The notes below the pieces were generated by a model. The model made no database searches. It was given only the letters and a program-made list of their open reading frames with translations, and had not been told where the DNA came from. A DNA stretch of 64,000 nt from an uncultured Ignavibacteriales bacterium. GTDB lineage: Bacteria; Zixibacteria; MSB-5A5; GN15; FEB-12. Position numbers and translations under genes: made by a program. The stretch covers positions 64,724 through 128,723 of the forward strand of contig CAZAZQ010000010.1 of assembly GCA_964489705.1 (NCBI GenBank), read 5' to 3'. Below are positions 1-9,979 of the stretch, piece by piece (within the stretch, counting starts at the first letter, position 1; every line of letters begins with the position of its first letter).

Positions 1-305
1 GTGAAGTTAACAGTATCGTATGTGAAAACGACTTCCATCCTTTCCAAATAGTTTGAGTTGGTTGTATCCGAAAGCCACATGTTAAAAGCGACGAAAGCAG
101 TCTCAGCCACCGTAGTATCATCAACCGTATTTTCAACGTAGCATTCTTCATCAGTAAATTGGAAATTGAGATGGTCGGTTTGGATTGCACCTCCTTTCGA
201 GCCTCCCCCTCCAAATCCGAAGTCAGTATGACCGACGTTGGTAAGGAAGATAACACAAAGGAACGAAATTGCAAGTACACTTAACATTGCCGTGAGCTTT
301 TTCAT
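1..305 (-). CDS. Secreted hypothetical protein, N-terminal part only (runs off the window edge); absent from the supplied ORF track
   Basis: ATG at 305-303 with AAGGAGG (complement of 311-317) 5 nt upstream. I translated the minus-strand frame by hand and it stays open to position 1. The product starts MKKLTAMLSVLAISFLCVIFLTNVG (signal-peptide-like), followed by a Gly-rich linker and a beta-rich segment ending MEVVFTYDTVNF. Confidence 0.6.
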   Translation of the reverse strand, partial: MKKLTAMLSVLAISFLCVIFLTNVGHTDFGFGGGGSKGGAIQTDHLNFQFTDEECYVENTVDDTTVAETAFVAFNMWLSDTTNSNYLERMEVVFTYDTVNF

Positions 306-679
306 ACTTTCCTCCTTGAAAAGCTTTACATTATGTATTGTTGTCGTTCTTATCCCCCTTTGTGTGACTCGCTTCGTTTTGAATGACCGGAGGAGGGCGG
401 GGAAAACGCCCAAGATACCTGCGGGCTGACATGACAATCTTTTCCTTTTCCTCTAAAGGTGTCCCCTCTGCACAAACCTAAGATAACTAAAATGACATTT
501 TTTGTCAAGAATAAACTCGCGTGTTCGTTCCGTTTCGTGTCAAAGAAGGGGAGGGGGAAGGAGAGCGGGTCTTTTGTAAGAAACTGTGGTGCGAATCATT
601 CGTAATTTCTCTTGTGACTCTTTTTCAGACTGTGTACCATTACCACACTGGGACACTTTGCTTTTGAGGCGGCAAATTC

Positions 680-2044
680 ATGAAGGACGGAGTGAACAAA
701 AATATCGATTCGATAACGAGCGGCTCGATTCCCAAGGCGATTGTCTCGCTTGCCATGCCGGTGGTGGCGGGGATGCTGATGGAGTTCGTCTTGACCAGCA
801 CCGATTACTTCTGGGTGGGAAAGCTCGGACCCATCGCTCAGGATGCCGTCACGTCCTCCATGGTCGTCATCTGGACGATTTACTGCACGGTTTCAATTAT
901 CACTGTCGGCATCACCGCTTTGGTTTCCCGGCATATCGGGGCGAAAGAGAAAGAGCGGGCGGTCTTTTACATCAATCAAAGCTTTCTCATGGCGGTCGGT
1001 ATCGGGGGGATTTTTATGCTCGGCGGTTTTTCCCTTTCGCCGGCTTTTCTTGCTTTTATGGATACCGGTCCCGCTACGATGAAAGAAGCCGTTCCGTATC
1101 TCCGCATTTTTTTCCTCTCAGCAGTTCCGTTTTTTCTGGCGGAGACAGTCTATGCCGTTTTTCGTGCCGCCGGAGACACCAAGACGCCGACCAAAATCGG
1201 GGTCGGTGTGGTTGTTCTCAATATGGTGCTGGACCCGCTTCTTATCTTCGGCTACGGTCCCATTCCGGAACTTGGAGTGGCAGGGGCAAGCCTGGCAAGC
1301 GGTATCTCGGTTTTTCTCGGGACGATTGTCATTGTCAAAAAACTGCTTACCGGCTCTCTGGGATTTCGCGTCGGCAATCCATTCAAGGTCAAGCCCCGCT
1401 GGCGGGAAATTTTCAAAATCGGTCGTATCGGGACACCGATGGCAAGCCAGCAATTTGTCTTTGTCGTGGTGTATTGGTTTCTCATCAAGTTTGTCCATCG
1501 CTTCGGAGAGACGGCTGCGGCGGCGATGGGAATCGGTAACCGCATGGAGTCGTTTTCGTACCTGACCTGCTTTGGTTTTTCCATCGCTGCCTCGACGTTG
1601 GTGGGACAGAATCTTGGAGCGGGAAAGCCGGAGCGAGCGGCGAAATGCGCTTGGGGCGCTATTGGGTTGGCGTCGCTTTTTACTTTTGTCACGTCGGTGG
1701 TATTCATTACTTTTCCGTCACAGATTGCTTCAGTCTTTACGGACAACCCGGAAGTGCTTACGATCGCCATCGACTACTTGATTATTCTTGGTTTGTCCCA
1801 GATTGCGATGGCGATCGAAATCGTGTTGGAAGGAGCCTTCGGCGGAGCGGGGGATACCCTCCCGCCGATGATTGTCATGGTGCCCGGGGCGATTGCCCGT
1901 ATTCCTCTGGCATACCTTCTAAGTTTCACCCTCGATTGGGGTATCAATGGGGTTTGGTGGACATTGACCATTACGACGACTATCAAGGCGGTGATATTGG
2001 CGCTCTGGTTCAAGCGAGGGAAGTGGAAGTTGAAAGAGGTTTGA
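680..2044 (+). CDS. MATE family multidrug/toxin efflux transporter
   Basis: 454 aa with about 12 predicted TM helices. The N-terminus IPKAIVSLAMPVVAGMLMEFVLTSTDYFWVGKLG and the internal repeat FRAAGDTKTP / GAGDTLPPM are typical of the MATE (NorM/DinF) fold. Confidence 0.9.
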   Translation: MKDGVNKNIDSITSGSIPKAIVSLAMPVVAGMLMEFVLTSTDYFWVGKLGPIAQDAVTSSMVVIWTIYCTVSIITVGITALVSRHIGAKEKERAVFYINQSFLMAVGIGGIFMLGGFSLSPAFLAFMDTGPATMKEAVPYLRIFFLSAVPFFLAETVYAVFRAAGDTKTPTKIGVGVVVLNMVLDPLLIFGYGPIPELGVAGASLASGISVFLGTIVIVKKLLTGSLGFRVGNPFKVKPRWREIFKIGRIGTPMASQQFVFVVVYWFLIKFVHRFGETAAAAMGIGNRMESFSYLTCFGFSIAASTLVGQNLGAGKPERAAKCAWGAIGLASLFTFVTSVVFITFPSQIASVFTDNPEVLTIAIDYLIILGLSQIAMAIEIVLEGAFGGAGDTLPPMIVMVPGAIARIPLAYLLSFTLDWGINGVWWTLTITTTIKAVILALWFKRGKWKLKEV

Positions 2045-2114
2045 TTGTCGGTTGACTTTCCTGAGATGGAGGCGTTATTTCTTTATCGGAACTAATGAAA
2101 TGGGATACTGAACA

Positions 2115-2894
2115 ATGAGTAAGGAACGACGACGATTCGTTCGCTTCTCTCTTCAGGAAGAGGAAGAGATTTCGTACGGACTGTATGAAGATTCCACCAT
2201 CGCGCGGTTGCGTCGCGCCCCGTGGTTAGGGATAGAGAAAACCGGCGACGTTTTCCCACGTGAGGCGGTGACCTTCCATGCTCCGGTCGAGCCGACCAAA
2301 ATTGTGTGTATCGGGTTGAATTACCATGAGCACGTAACCGCTTCCCAATCAGCCGACCGGGCGCCGGAATATCCGCTTATTTTTCTCAAACCGCCTTCGG
2401 CAATCATCGGACCGGAAGAAAAGATAATCCATCCGCCGCAAGCCAAGCGGGTTGACTACGAGGCGGAGCTGGGGGTGGTCATCGGAACGAAAGTGAAAGA
2501 TATTTCGAAAGAGGATGCTCCCAAAGCGATTTTCGGTTTGACGTGTGTCAATGACGTAACGGCTCGTGACTTGCAAAAGCAAGACGGGCAATGGTCGCGC
2601 GCCAAAGGGTTTGATACGTTTTGTCCGGTCGGACCGTGGGTCGTCGAAGATGGCGATTGGCATGACTTGCTGGTGGAAGGTATTCATAACGGCGAAGTGA
2701 AGCAGTCCGGGCGAACGTCACAAATGATTTTTGATATCCCATTTTTGGTTTCCTATATTTCGTCGATTATGACCTTGAACCCGGGAGATTTGATTTCCAC
2801 CGGTACCCCTTCCGGTATTGCACCTATGACCTCCGGCGATAAAATCGAGGTGCGCATCGAACAAGTCGGGAGCCTGATAAATTGGATGGCATGA
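2115..2894 (+). CDS. Fumarylacetoacetate hydrolase (FAH) family protein
   Basis: 259 aa. Contains CIGLNYHEHV, DYEAELGVVIG, the SRAKGFDTFCPVGP motif and GDLISTGTPSG, which are FAH-family metal/substrate motifs. Confidence 0.85.
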   Translation: MSKERRRFVRFSLQEEEEISYGLYEDSTIARLRRAPWLGIEKTGDVFPREAVTFHAPVEPTKIVCIGLNYHEHVTASQSADRAPEYPLIFLKPPSAIIGPEEKIIHPPQAKRVDYEAELGVVIGTKVKDISKEDAPKAIFGLTCVNDVTARDLQKQDGQWSRAKGFDTFCPVGPWVVEDGDWHDLLVEGIHNGEVKQSGRTSQMIFDIPFLVSYISSIMTLNPGDLISTGTPSGIAPMTSGDKIEVRIEQVGSLINWMA

Positions 2895-3004
2895 TTTTTT
2901 CCGCCGTACGCTTTGCCGGAGAGTACAAAGAGTACCGGAGGAAAGAAATCGGGAGGCGGTGATTGAGGACGACGGAGGGTCGGAGAAAAATACGATTTTT
3001 CAGT

Positions 3005-6000
3005 ATGTTTCGTTTTCTGACGACAGGGATGGCGGTCTGTTTCCTTGTACTCGCTTCTGTTGGTATCAAGGCGGGCGAAGGAGAGCGGATTATTCTGGAA
3101 CATGCCGACCAGATGGAGGTGGTGCGGGAAGGAGAGAAGTATGTCACCTATGTCGTCGGCGATGTCGCTTTTCGCACGGAAACGGGAAGAATTTTCTGTG
3201 ATTCGGCGGTGTGGCGAAAAGGAGAGAACGTCATTCTGAGAGGCAAGGTCGTCGTCGATGAAGAAGAATACAAACTATCGGCGGATTCGGCGTTTTATAA
3301 TGTTCTCACCAAAGAAGCCACAGCACACGGAGAAAAAGTCGAATTGTGGTCATATCCCGATTCTCTTTACGCCGTCGGACCCAATGCTTACTTCGACAGA
3401 AAACGAGAGTACTTCGTTATGGAGCAGCGACCGACGTTGTACGTGAACTATCCCGATTCCACCCGCATGATTAAAGTTGTCGCCGATCGGATTGAGTACA
3501 ACACTGCCGACCAGCGCGCCGAGGCGAGCGGTGCCACGCATATCACCGCTCAGGATATTGAAACCACCTCGGAGTGTGCCATCTTAGACCGAAACAAAAA
3601 CACCCTTGATCTGTACGGCTCTCCTCGTGCCAAACGTGCCCATTCGGAGGTGAAGGGAGAGCTCATTTCCGTCTCCTTCAAGGACGACGAGCTGGAAAAA
3701 ATCGACGTTATCGATTCCGCCCAAGGTGAATTCATCGAACCGGTCGATTCCGCAAAGGACGAATTCGACAAATCTCTTTTGAAGGGGAAACGGATAATTT
3801 TCTTTTTCTACAACGGCATCCTGCGGGAAATTCTCTGTTACGGTCAAGCATATTCATGGTATTATCCTTCTTCGCGCGGTTCGAACGAGTTCCACGAAAA
3901 CAGCGTTTCCGGCGATACCATTCGGTTTGCCGTCGATGATGACAGGCTCCGGGCGGTGAAAGTCATCAACGGCGCCATCGGGTCGTTTGTTACGGGAGAA
4001 ATCTATGCGTCCGACACGGCGGCACCGCCAAAGGTCGATACTATCGATTATCAATCCCACATCATCGAATACAATTTGGTCGATTCGCTGATTACCTTGC
4101 AACGTGCCGGTCATGTGGAGTCAGGAAGCGTTTCGCTCGATGCCTACAAGATTCTCTTCGATACCAAAAAGCGGGTCATCGAAGCGTTCTCCGCCCGGGT
4201 CGATACCCTCCAGCTCGATTCTCAAGCGGTTTCATCCGATCCGAGCGGTGACAACTCTATGTCCCTTTTGCCCAATACCATTCCCGTCATATTGCGCGAC
4301 GGAAACGACGAAATCGACGGTGACTACTTGGAGTATTCCATCGACACGGAAAAAGGGCGGATTGTCCAGTCCAAGTCCGCCTACGAAGCGGGGTTTTACT
4401 ACGGGAAAAAACTGTTCCGCGAGCAAAAGCACATCTTCTACGTGGACGGCGGCACGTATACCACCTGCGACAAAGCCGAGCCGCATTATCATTTTTTCTC
4501 GAAGTCGATGAAACTCATCGAAGGGGATAAACTTATCGCCAAGCCGGTCGTCTTTTATCTCGGGCGGATCCCCTTGATGGCGATTCCTTATTACGTTTTC
4601 CCTTTGAAGAAAGGGCGTCATTCGGGATTGTTGCCGTTTACGTTCGGACGGTTCGAAAAAGGGGATAGGTACGTTCGGGATGTCGGATACTATTGGGCGG
4701 CGTCGGAATATTGGGACTGGAAAGGTTCGTTCGATTATTTTGAAAAGAGCCGCACTTTTACGCTGAACAATTCGATTCAATTCAACAAACGGTACGTCCT
4801 CAACGGCTACATAAGCAGTAAGTACACCGTTGTGACCAATTACGATCGCATTGTGGCGTCGGAAGGGAAGAGCAAGCGCTGGTATGTCGGCGCCGCTTAC
4901 AACCATATCGTCTCGCCGTCGTTCAACATATCCGCTTCGGGGAGCTTTCAGTCGGATGCGAACTACTTTACCGATTACTCATCCAATCTGGACGAGCGGT
5001 TGCGACAGCAGGTGAGTTCTCGTTTGAACTTCGCCAAGAAATTCGGTAAGAAAATTTCCCTTTCCGGCTATTTCCGACATGACGTCGACTATGATAAAGA
5101 ATCACGCACCGATTACCTGCCGTCTCTGTCATTGTCGCTGCCGCTTATCTATCCGTTCGGAAGCGGGTCGCGGGATGAGGACGGGCGGTTGGTTCAAAAG
5201 TGGTACCAAAATATTACCTTCCGCTATACCCCGAACCTGCTCCACTTTTCTCAGCGTACCACTCCGATTGACACCATCCTTGTCACCGATGCCGACACGG
5301 TCATTACCGTCGATTCCGTGACGTTGGAGGAAGATACGACCATCACGATTTTGCAGAAGGATACCAGCTACTACCGCAGTCGGAAACAGTACATCAAGAT
5401 AAACCATAACCCCTCCATCGGCTTGCCGAGGTTGACGGTGGCGAAGTACTTCATCATCGTGCCGAGTATTTCCTACAGCGAAACGTGGTACAAGATTTAC
5501 GAGACCGACCAATCGCTGGCGGCGGGGATTGACGCCCATACGACGTATCGCACGTATTCCTGGAGCGGCGCCGTTTCGCTCAAAACCAATCTGTACGGAA
5601 CCGTCTATCCTCGTATTGGCGGCTTGGAAGGATTGCGGCATGTCGTCACGCCGTCGCTGACGTACAGCTACTCTCCCGAAATCGACCGCCACCCGACGGT
5701 TCGCTCATATACGGGGGGAAGTGCAGGAAGCGCCAAAAGGTCTGTCGTCAATTTCAACTTGCGTCAGGTTTTTCAAGCGAAAGTGGCGCAGGGTGAAGCG
5801 AGCCGGAGCATGGAGCTGTTGTCGGTCAACTCTTCATTCAGCTATAATTTTGAAAACAAAGACAAGCCGCTGTCGAATTTGACCACGACGTTCAACATCA
5901 ATACCCTTCCCAATATCTCGCTCTACGGCAGCATGTCCCATTCGTTTTATAATCCTTTTACGGGGGAAGAGAGCTTTTGGTCTCCGTATTTGATGAGTTT

Positions 6001-6439
6001 CACCTTTGATGCCACTCTTCAACTGGTGGGACGTCGCTTTCTTTTCGATGATATGCGGGCACCGATGCCGTCCGATGATTCGCTTTCCCGCTCTTCTCGC
6101 CGCTCCGGCTGGAACCTGAACGTCACGTACAGTTATCAAGAGTCGGGGCGGGGGACAAGCTTTCAAAAGAGCAGCTTTGTGGATTTTAACTTGAGCTTCA
6201 ACCTAACGCCAAGCACCTCAGTTGTTTACTTGCAACGATACGACATCGTCGGGCAGCACACGGTCAACAACAGTGTCAGAATCACCCGGAAAATTCATTG
6301 TTGGACCGGGAGTTTGTGGTGGGTTCCGATCGGCTCGAATCGGGGCTTCGGGTTCAAGTTGAATGTGACGGCGCTGCCGGAGATAAAAATCGACCAAAAT
6401 TACGACACGTTCAATACCGGTTTGCTCTCCCGGCGGTGA
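3005..6439 (+). CDS. lptD: LptD-like LPS-assembly outer-membrane protein (OstA-like N-terminal beta-jellyroll segments plus a large C-terminal barrel)
   Basis: The start is taken at ATG 3005 (MFRFLTTGMAVCFLVLASVGIKA signal peptide) rather than ORF start 2963. The N-terminal part has repeated OstA-like strands. The C-terminal approx. 700 aa are rich in alternating aromatic/polar beta-strand patterns (YY.G, F.Y.Y) with a terminal aromatic-rich strand. Size and position are consistent with long FCB-type LptD. Confidence 0.65.
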   Translation: MFRFLTTGMAVCFLVLASVGIKAGEGERIILEHADQMEVVREGEKYVTYVVGDVAFRTETGRIFCDSAVWRKGENVILRGKVVVDEEEYKLSADSAFYNVLTKEATAHGEKVELWSYPDSLYAVGPNAYFDRKREYFVMEQRPTLYVNYPDSTRMIKVVADRIEYNTADQRAEASGATHITAQDIETTSECAILDRNKNTLDLYGSPRAKRAHSEVKGELISVSFKDDELEKIDVIDSAQGEFIEPVDSAKDEFDKSLLKGKRIIFFFYNGILREILCYGQAYSWYYPSSRGSNEFHENSVSGDTIRFAVDDDRLRAVKVINGAIGSFVTGEIYASDTAAPPKVDTIDYQSHIIEYNLVDSLITLQRAGHVESGSVSLDAYKILFDTKKRVIEAFSARVDTLQLDSQAVSSDPSGDNSMSLLPNTIPVILRDGNDEIDGDYLEYSIDTEKGRIVQSKSAYEAGFYYGKKLFREQKHIFYVDGGTYTTCDKAEPHYHFFSKSMKLIEGDKLIAKPVVFYLGRIPLMAIPYYVFPLKKGRHSGLLPFTFGRFEKGDRYVRDVGYYWAASEYWDWKGSFDYFEKSRTFTLNNSIQFNKRYVLNGYISSKYTVVTNYDRIVASEGKSKRWYVGAAYNHIVSPSFNISASGSFQSDANYFTDYSSNLDERLRQQVSSRLNFAKKFGKKISLSGYFRHDVDYDKESRTDYLPSLSLSLPLIYPFGSGSRDEDGRLVQKWYQNITFRYTPNLLHFSQRTTPIDTILVTDADTVITVDSVTLEEDTTITILQKDTSYYRSRKQYIKINHNPSIGLPRLTVAKYFIIVPSISYSETWYKIYETDQSLAAGIDAHTTYRTYSWSGAVSLKTNLYGTVYPRIGGLEGLRHVVTPSLTYSYSPEIDRHPTVRSYTGGSAGSAKRSVVNFNLRQVFQAKVAQGEASRSMELLSVNSSFSYNFENKDKPLSNLTTTFNINTLPNISLYGSMSHSFYNPFTGEESFWSPYLMSFTFDATLQLVGRRFLFDDMRAPMPSDDSLSRSSRRSGWNLNVTYSYQESGRGTSFQKSSFVDFNLSFNLTPSTSVVYLQRYDIVGQHTVNNSVRITRKIHCWTGSLWWVPIGSNRGFGFKLNVTALPEIKIDQNYDTFNTGLLSRR

Positions 6440-6483
6440 GAAAAAAGCCGATTTCCGGTGAGAAAATGAATGAAAAAAGCACG

Positions 6484-6510
6484 AAAAAAGGCTATTTTTT
6501 TGCCTTTTTT
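6484..6510 (+). terminator. Weak A/U-rich hairpin plus T-run after the lptD-like gene
   Basis: AAAAAAGGC (6484-6492) pairs with GCCTTTTTT (6502-6510). Only 3 G-C pairs, so it is weak. Confidence 0.3.
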
Positions 6511-6608
6511 CAATAGTTTTTAGTTGACTTGTTTTCTCTATAATGGCTAAATCGTAGTGTGATGGAAGTTAAAAACATGAACCCTTAGGACCCAAGGAGG
6601 GGCATTCT

Positions 6609-6884
6609 ATGACGAAAGATGAGATGATTGCTCAGATGGCTGCCCAGTCAGGTATTACCAAAAAGCAAGCGGCGGAAGCATTGCAGGCTTTTATGAACGG
6701 CGTTACCACCCAGTTGAAAAAAGGGAAGAAGGTTAGTTTCTCCGGTTTTGGAACGTTTTCGGTTTCCAAGCGGAAAGCGCGTACCGGTCGGAACCCGCAA
6801 ACGGGCGCAATAATCAATATTCCCGCGACCAAGGTGCCTGTATTTCGAGCTGGAAAGCATTTGAAAGAAGCAGTGCGCAAATAG
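6609..6884 (+). CDS. hup: HU family nucleoid-associated DNA-binding protein
   Basis: 91 aa. SFSGFGTFSVSKRKARTGRNPQTGAIINIPATKVPVFRAGKHLKEAV is the canonical HU/IHF arm. GGAGG lies upstream of the ATG. Confidence 0.95.
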   Translation: MTKDEMIAQMAAQSGITKKQAAEALQAFMNGVTTQLKKGKKVSFSGFGTFSVSKRKARTGRNPQTGAIINIPATKVPVFRAGKHLKEAVRK

Positions 6885-6906
6885 CATCTTATTTACCCGT
6901 CTTTCG

Positions 6907-6937
6907 GGCAGGGGAGATTCATACCCCTGCCTTTTTT
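6907..6937 (+). terminator. Rho-independent terminator after hup
   Basis: GGCAGGGG (6907-6914) pairs with CCCCTGCC (6924-6931), followed by TTTTTT (6932-6937). Confidence 0.8.
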
Positions 6938-6989
6938 ACGTGAATTTCTCATTGCGTTTCAGACGCGGTTTCACGAATTTGTAATCGGT

Positions 6990-9335
6990 ATGGCACGGAA
7001 AAGCAAAAAGAAAGACACAAGCAGTCGCAAGGCTCAGGCGGTGGGAGTATTGTTCCTGCTGTTGGGAGCGTTGATACTCGTCTCCTTGATTACTCATTAC
7101 CCGGTGGATGACGAGCGCATCAGCGGGGAAATCGACAGCCATCTGAACCCGTTCGAAATCCCCTACCACAACCAGGTTGGGATGTTGGGAGCATACCTTT
7201 CATTCGTGCTGCTTTTGTTTGCCGGTTGGTTGGCGTACTTTCTGCCGGCGGGGTTGATAGCCTGGTCGCTCCGGTTGATTTCTCCTCAGCGGGCGGAGAA
7301 ATGGAAAGTCAATCTCTCTTTGGTCTTTGTCATGGCACTGTTGGCGACCATGATATACAACGTCCATCTGGTTACCTATCCGGATCTTGCCGGTGATACC
7401 CACGCTGCCGGAGGATATCTGGCGGAGAAGCTGACGCTTATTTCCGTGAAGCTCATCGGGGAAGTCGGCTCGTATATTTTGTTGGCTGGTATTCAACTGA
7501 TATTGCTCATCTTGTATACGTCGCTTTCCCCTCTTGTCCCCAAGCGAGTTTCCTTGCCCGGTGCGGGAGTGGGCAAACAGGTCTGGGGAATTTTCAAAGA
7601 GAAGGTGAAGTCTTTCTTTTCGTTCGGATGGCTCTCTTTCCTTTTGGAGCAGCGGAAGAAAGAATCATCAGCCGAGCCTGAAGAGGAAAGTTTCCATGAA
7701 GTGCTTTCCGAAGAGATAGAGGAAGCTCAGGATATTCCCGTTGAAGAAGAGCCCGAAACCGAACCGGCGGAAGAATCTCAAAAAGAACCTGCGGCGGAGA
7801 AGCCGTCCCGACGTTCCGGCAAAAGGAAGACCGTCATGGTCAAACCGGCGGAACCGTTGCATATCGACTCGATGGAATACCACTATCCCACTCTTGATTT
7901 ACTGAGGGAAAACCCGTACAAGGGGGAGTCCGTGAATTCCGAGGAGTTGGCGTTTACGGCGCGGATGCTGAGAGAGACGCTTGAGACCTTCGGCATTCGC
8001 ATCGAAGGGGAGATAGAGAAGTACCCCGGTCCCGTTATTACCCGCTACGAGTTCAAGCCGGGAACGGGAATTAAAGTGAATCAAATTCTCAATCTTTCGG
8101 ACGACCTGGCGTTGGCGTTGAAAGCCAAGCGGGTGCGGATTATTGCGCCGATTCCCGGCAAAGCGGCGGTCGGGGTGGAAATCCCCAATCGCAAAGCACA
8201 GATTGTCTATTTGCGGGATATTCTCATGTCGGAAACGTTCACCAATTCCAAATACCGCTTGCCGCTGGCGTTGGGAAAGACCACCTCCGGGAAGCCGTAT
8301 GTGACGGATTTGGCAAAACTGCCACACTTGCTGATAGCCGGTGCTACCGGCTCGGGAAAGTCGGTTTGTTTGAATGCCTTGTTGACGTCGTTATTGTACC
8401 GGCTGCATCCGCATCAGGTGCGCTTTATTCTTATAGACCCGAAGATGTTGGAGTTGACCGTGTACAAAGGCATCCCGCACTTGGGCAGACCGGTGGTGAC
8501 CAACCCTCGACGAGCCGAGCGGGTGCTGGCTGATGTGGTGGTGGAGATGGAACATCGCTATCGGAAGTTGGCGGAAGCGTCAGTGCGAAATATCGAAGAC
8601 TTCAACAAAAAGCAAAAGGAGCCGGAAAAGCAGCTTCCGTATATCGTTATTTGTGTTGACGAGCTCGCTGATTTGCTCATGTCGTCCTCTTCTTCCAAGA
8701 CGGAACTGTTGATTACCCGCTTGGCGCAAATGGCGCGGGCGGTCGGTATCCATCTGGTGCTGGCGACCCAACGCCCGTCGGTTGATGTCATTACCGGATT
8801 GATTAAAGCTAACTTCCCGGCTCGCATTGCCTTTCAGGTGTCCTCTAAAGTAGATTCTCGGACTATCATCGACGCCAACGGAGCGGAAAAACTGCTCGGG
8901 CATGGCGACATGCTCTTTCTCCATCCGGGGCAGCCGGAGCCAATGCGTTTGCATGGGGCGTTTTTGACCAGCGAAGAGACCGACGCCATCGTGAAGTTTA
9001 TCCGAGACCAAGGACTGGAAATGTTGGCGCTGGAGAACATCTCGCAAGCAAGCGGGGAAACGACCGGTACCGAAGTCGACTTCGGTGACCCGCTCTTCCG
9101 GGAGGCGTGCGAGGTGGTCATTCGGCATAAGCAGGGTTCCGTGTCGCTTTTGCAGCGCCGTTTGGGAATCGGTTATCAGCGTGCGGCGCGGTTGATAGAT
9201 AAATTGGAACAAGCCGGCATCGTTTCCCCCTTTGACGGTTCCAAAGCGCGGGACGTGTTAGTGGATAAAGCGTATCTTGAAGCTCTCTTTACCAACCCCA
9301 ATGCGGTTCCCTCTCCGAAGACAAAACAAAACTGA
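6990..9335 (+). CDS. ftsK: DNA translocase FtsK/SpoIIIE
   Basis: 781 aa. N-terminal TM helices, an acidic/Pro-rich linker, Walker A GATGSGKS, Walker B VICVDELADL, and a C-terminal gamma winged-helix segment (LLQRRLGIGYQRAARLIDKLE). Confidence 0.95.
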   Translation: MARKSKKKDTSSRKAQAVGVLFLLLGALILVSLITHYPVDDERISGEIDSHLNPFEIPYHNQVGMLGAYLSFVLLLFAGWLAYFLPAGLIAWSLRLISPQRAEKWKVNLSLVFVMALLATMIYNVHLVTYPDLAGDTHAAGGYLAEKLTLISVKLIGEVGSYILLAGIQLILLILYTSLSPLVPKRVSLPGAGVGKQVWGIFKEKVKSFFSFGWLSFLLEQRKKESSAEPEEESFHEVLSEEIEEAQDIPVEEEPETEPAEESQKEPAAEKPSRRSGKRKTVMVKPAEPLHIDSMEYHYPTLDLLRENPYKGESVNSEELAFTARMLRETLETFGIRIEGEIEKYPGPVITRYEFKPGTGIKVNQILNLSDDLALALKAKRVRIIAPIPGKAAVGVEIPNRKAQIVYLRDILMSETFTNSKYRLPLALGKTTSGKPYVTDLAKLPHLLIAGATGSGKSVCLNALLTSLLYRLHPHQVRFILIDPKMLELTVYKGIPHLGRPVVTNPRRAERVLADVVVEMEHRYRKLAEASVRNIEDFNKKQKEPEKQLPYIVICVDELADLLMSSSSSKTELLITRLAQMARAVGIHLVLATQRPSVDVITGLIKANFPARIAFQVSSKVDSRTIIDANGAEKLLGHGDMLFLHPGQPEPMRLHGAFLTSEETDAIVKFIRDQGLEMLALENISQASGETTGTEVDFGDPLFREACEVVIRHKQGSVSLLQRRLGIGYQRAARLIDKLEQAGIVSPFDGSKARDVLVDKAYLEALFTNPNAVPSPKTKQN

Positions 9336-9363
9336 TGCCGCCACACCACGTATAAGATAACGT

Positions 9364-9978
9364 ATGATGAGAAAAAGTATTGTCGGTGTTTTCATCGTCG
9401 GCTGGTTGGCGGCTCTTACGTGGGGAAGTGATGACCCCTTTCAAAGAGTCAAGCAGGAACTGGCAGAGGCGGTGTGTGCCCGGTTTGATTTTGTCGGCAT
9501 TTTGGAGTCCGATATCTTTGACGAGGTTGACTCCACCTACGGCACGGCGTATCTGGCGAAGGACGGGAGATTTCGTGTCGAGATGGGGGAGGAGGTGTAT
9601 CTCTATGATGCGCAGTACCTGTATACCTACTCCCCGGAAAATAATCAGGTTACGATTGAAAGTATCGCCGACGACGAGGAGTTGGGAAAAGAAATTTTGT
9701 TCCTCACGCATCTTGACGAACTTTACACCACAGCCTTTCTCAAACCCGGTGTTTACCGGTTGAAAAAAAAGGAACGCACTTCGGAAAGGGATGAGATTCC
9801 CGATTCCTTGACGGTCTTCTTGACGCCCAACCAGCGTCGTATCGAAAGATTGGAATACCTCGATATCAATGACGAACGCAACACCATCCTTATTTTGAAG
9901 CAACACATCGATTCGGTGTGTGACGACGATATCTTTGTCCCTGATTTTCCCGATTCCGTAGAGAGGGTCAAGTTATAG
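9364..9978 (+). CDS. lolA: LolA-like outer-membrane lipoprotein carrier protein
   Basis: 204 aa with a signal peptide. The pattern GTAYLAKDGRFRVEMGEEVYLYDAQYLYTYSPENNQVTIE resembles the LolA beta-barrel. It lies immediately downstream of ftsK, as in the classical ftsK-lolA synteny. Confidence 0.6.
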   Translation: MMRKSIVGVFIVGWLAALTWGSDDPFQRVKQELAEAVCARFDFVGILESDIFDEVDSTYGTAYLAKDGRFRVEMGEEVYLYDAQYLYTYSPENNQVTIESIADDEELGKEILFLTHLDELYTTAFLKPGVYRLKKKERTSERDEIPDSLTVFLTPNQRRIERLEYLDINDERNTILILKQHIDSVCDDDIFVPDFPDSVERVKL

Positions 9979-9979
9979 C

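Noticed and set aside
306-679. The long 374-nt leader upstream of the MATE transporter as a riboswitch
   Set aside because: I could not recognise conserved cores of guanidine, ykkC-type or other efflux-associated riboswitches. The region is shared with a divergent gene and is more simply a double promoter region.
586-1539. A 317-aa alternative-frame ORF overlapping the MATE gene
   Set aside because: The product is an Arg/Gly/His-rich nonsense-like sequence. The overlapping frame gives a complete 12-TM MATE transporter.
6524-6544. TTGACT and TATAAT hexamers upstream of hup as a sigma-70 promoter
   Set aside because: The two hexamers are only 9 nt apart (6524-6529 and 6539-6544), far from the 16-18 nt spacing required. 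The TATAAT alone might still be a -10 element, but I cannot support a full promoter call.
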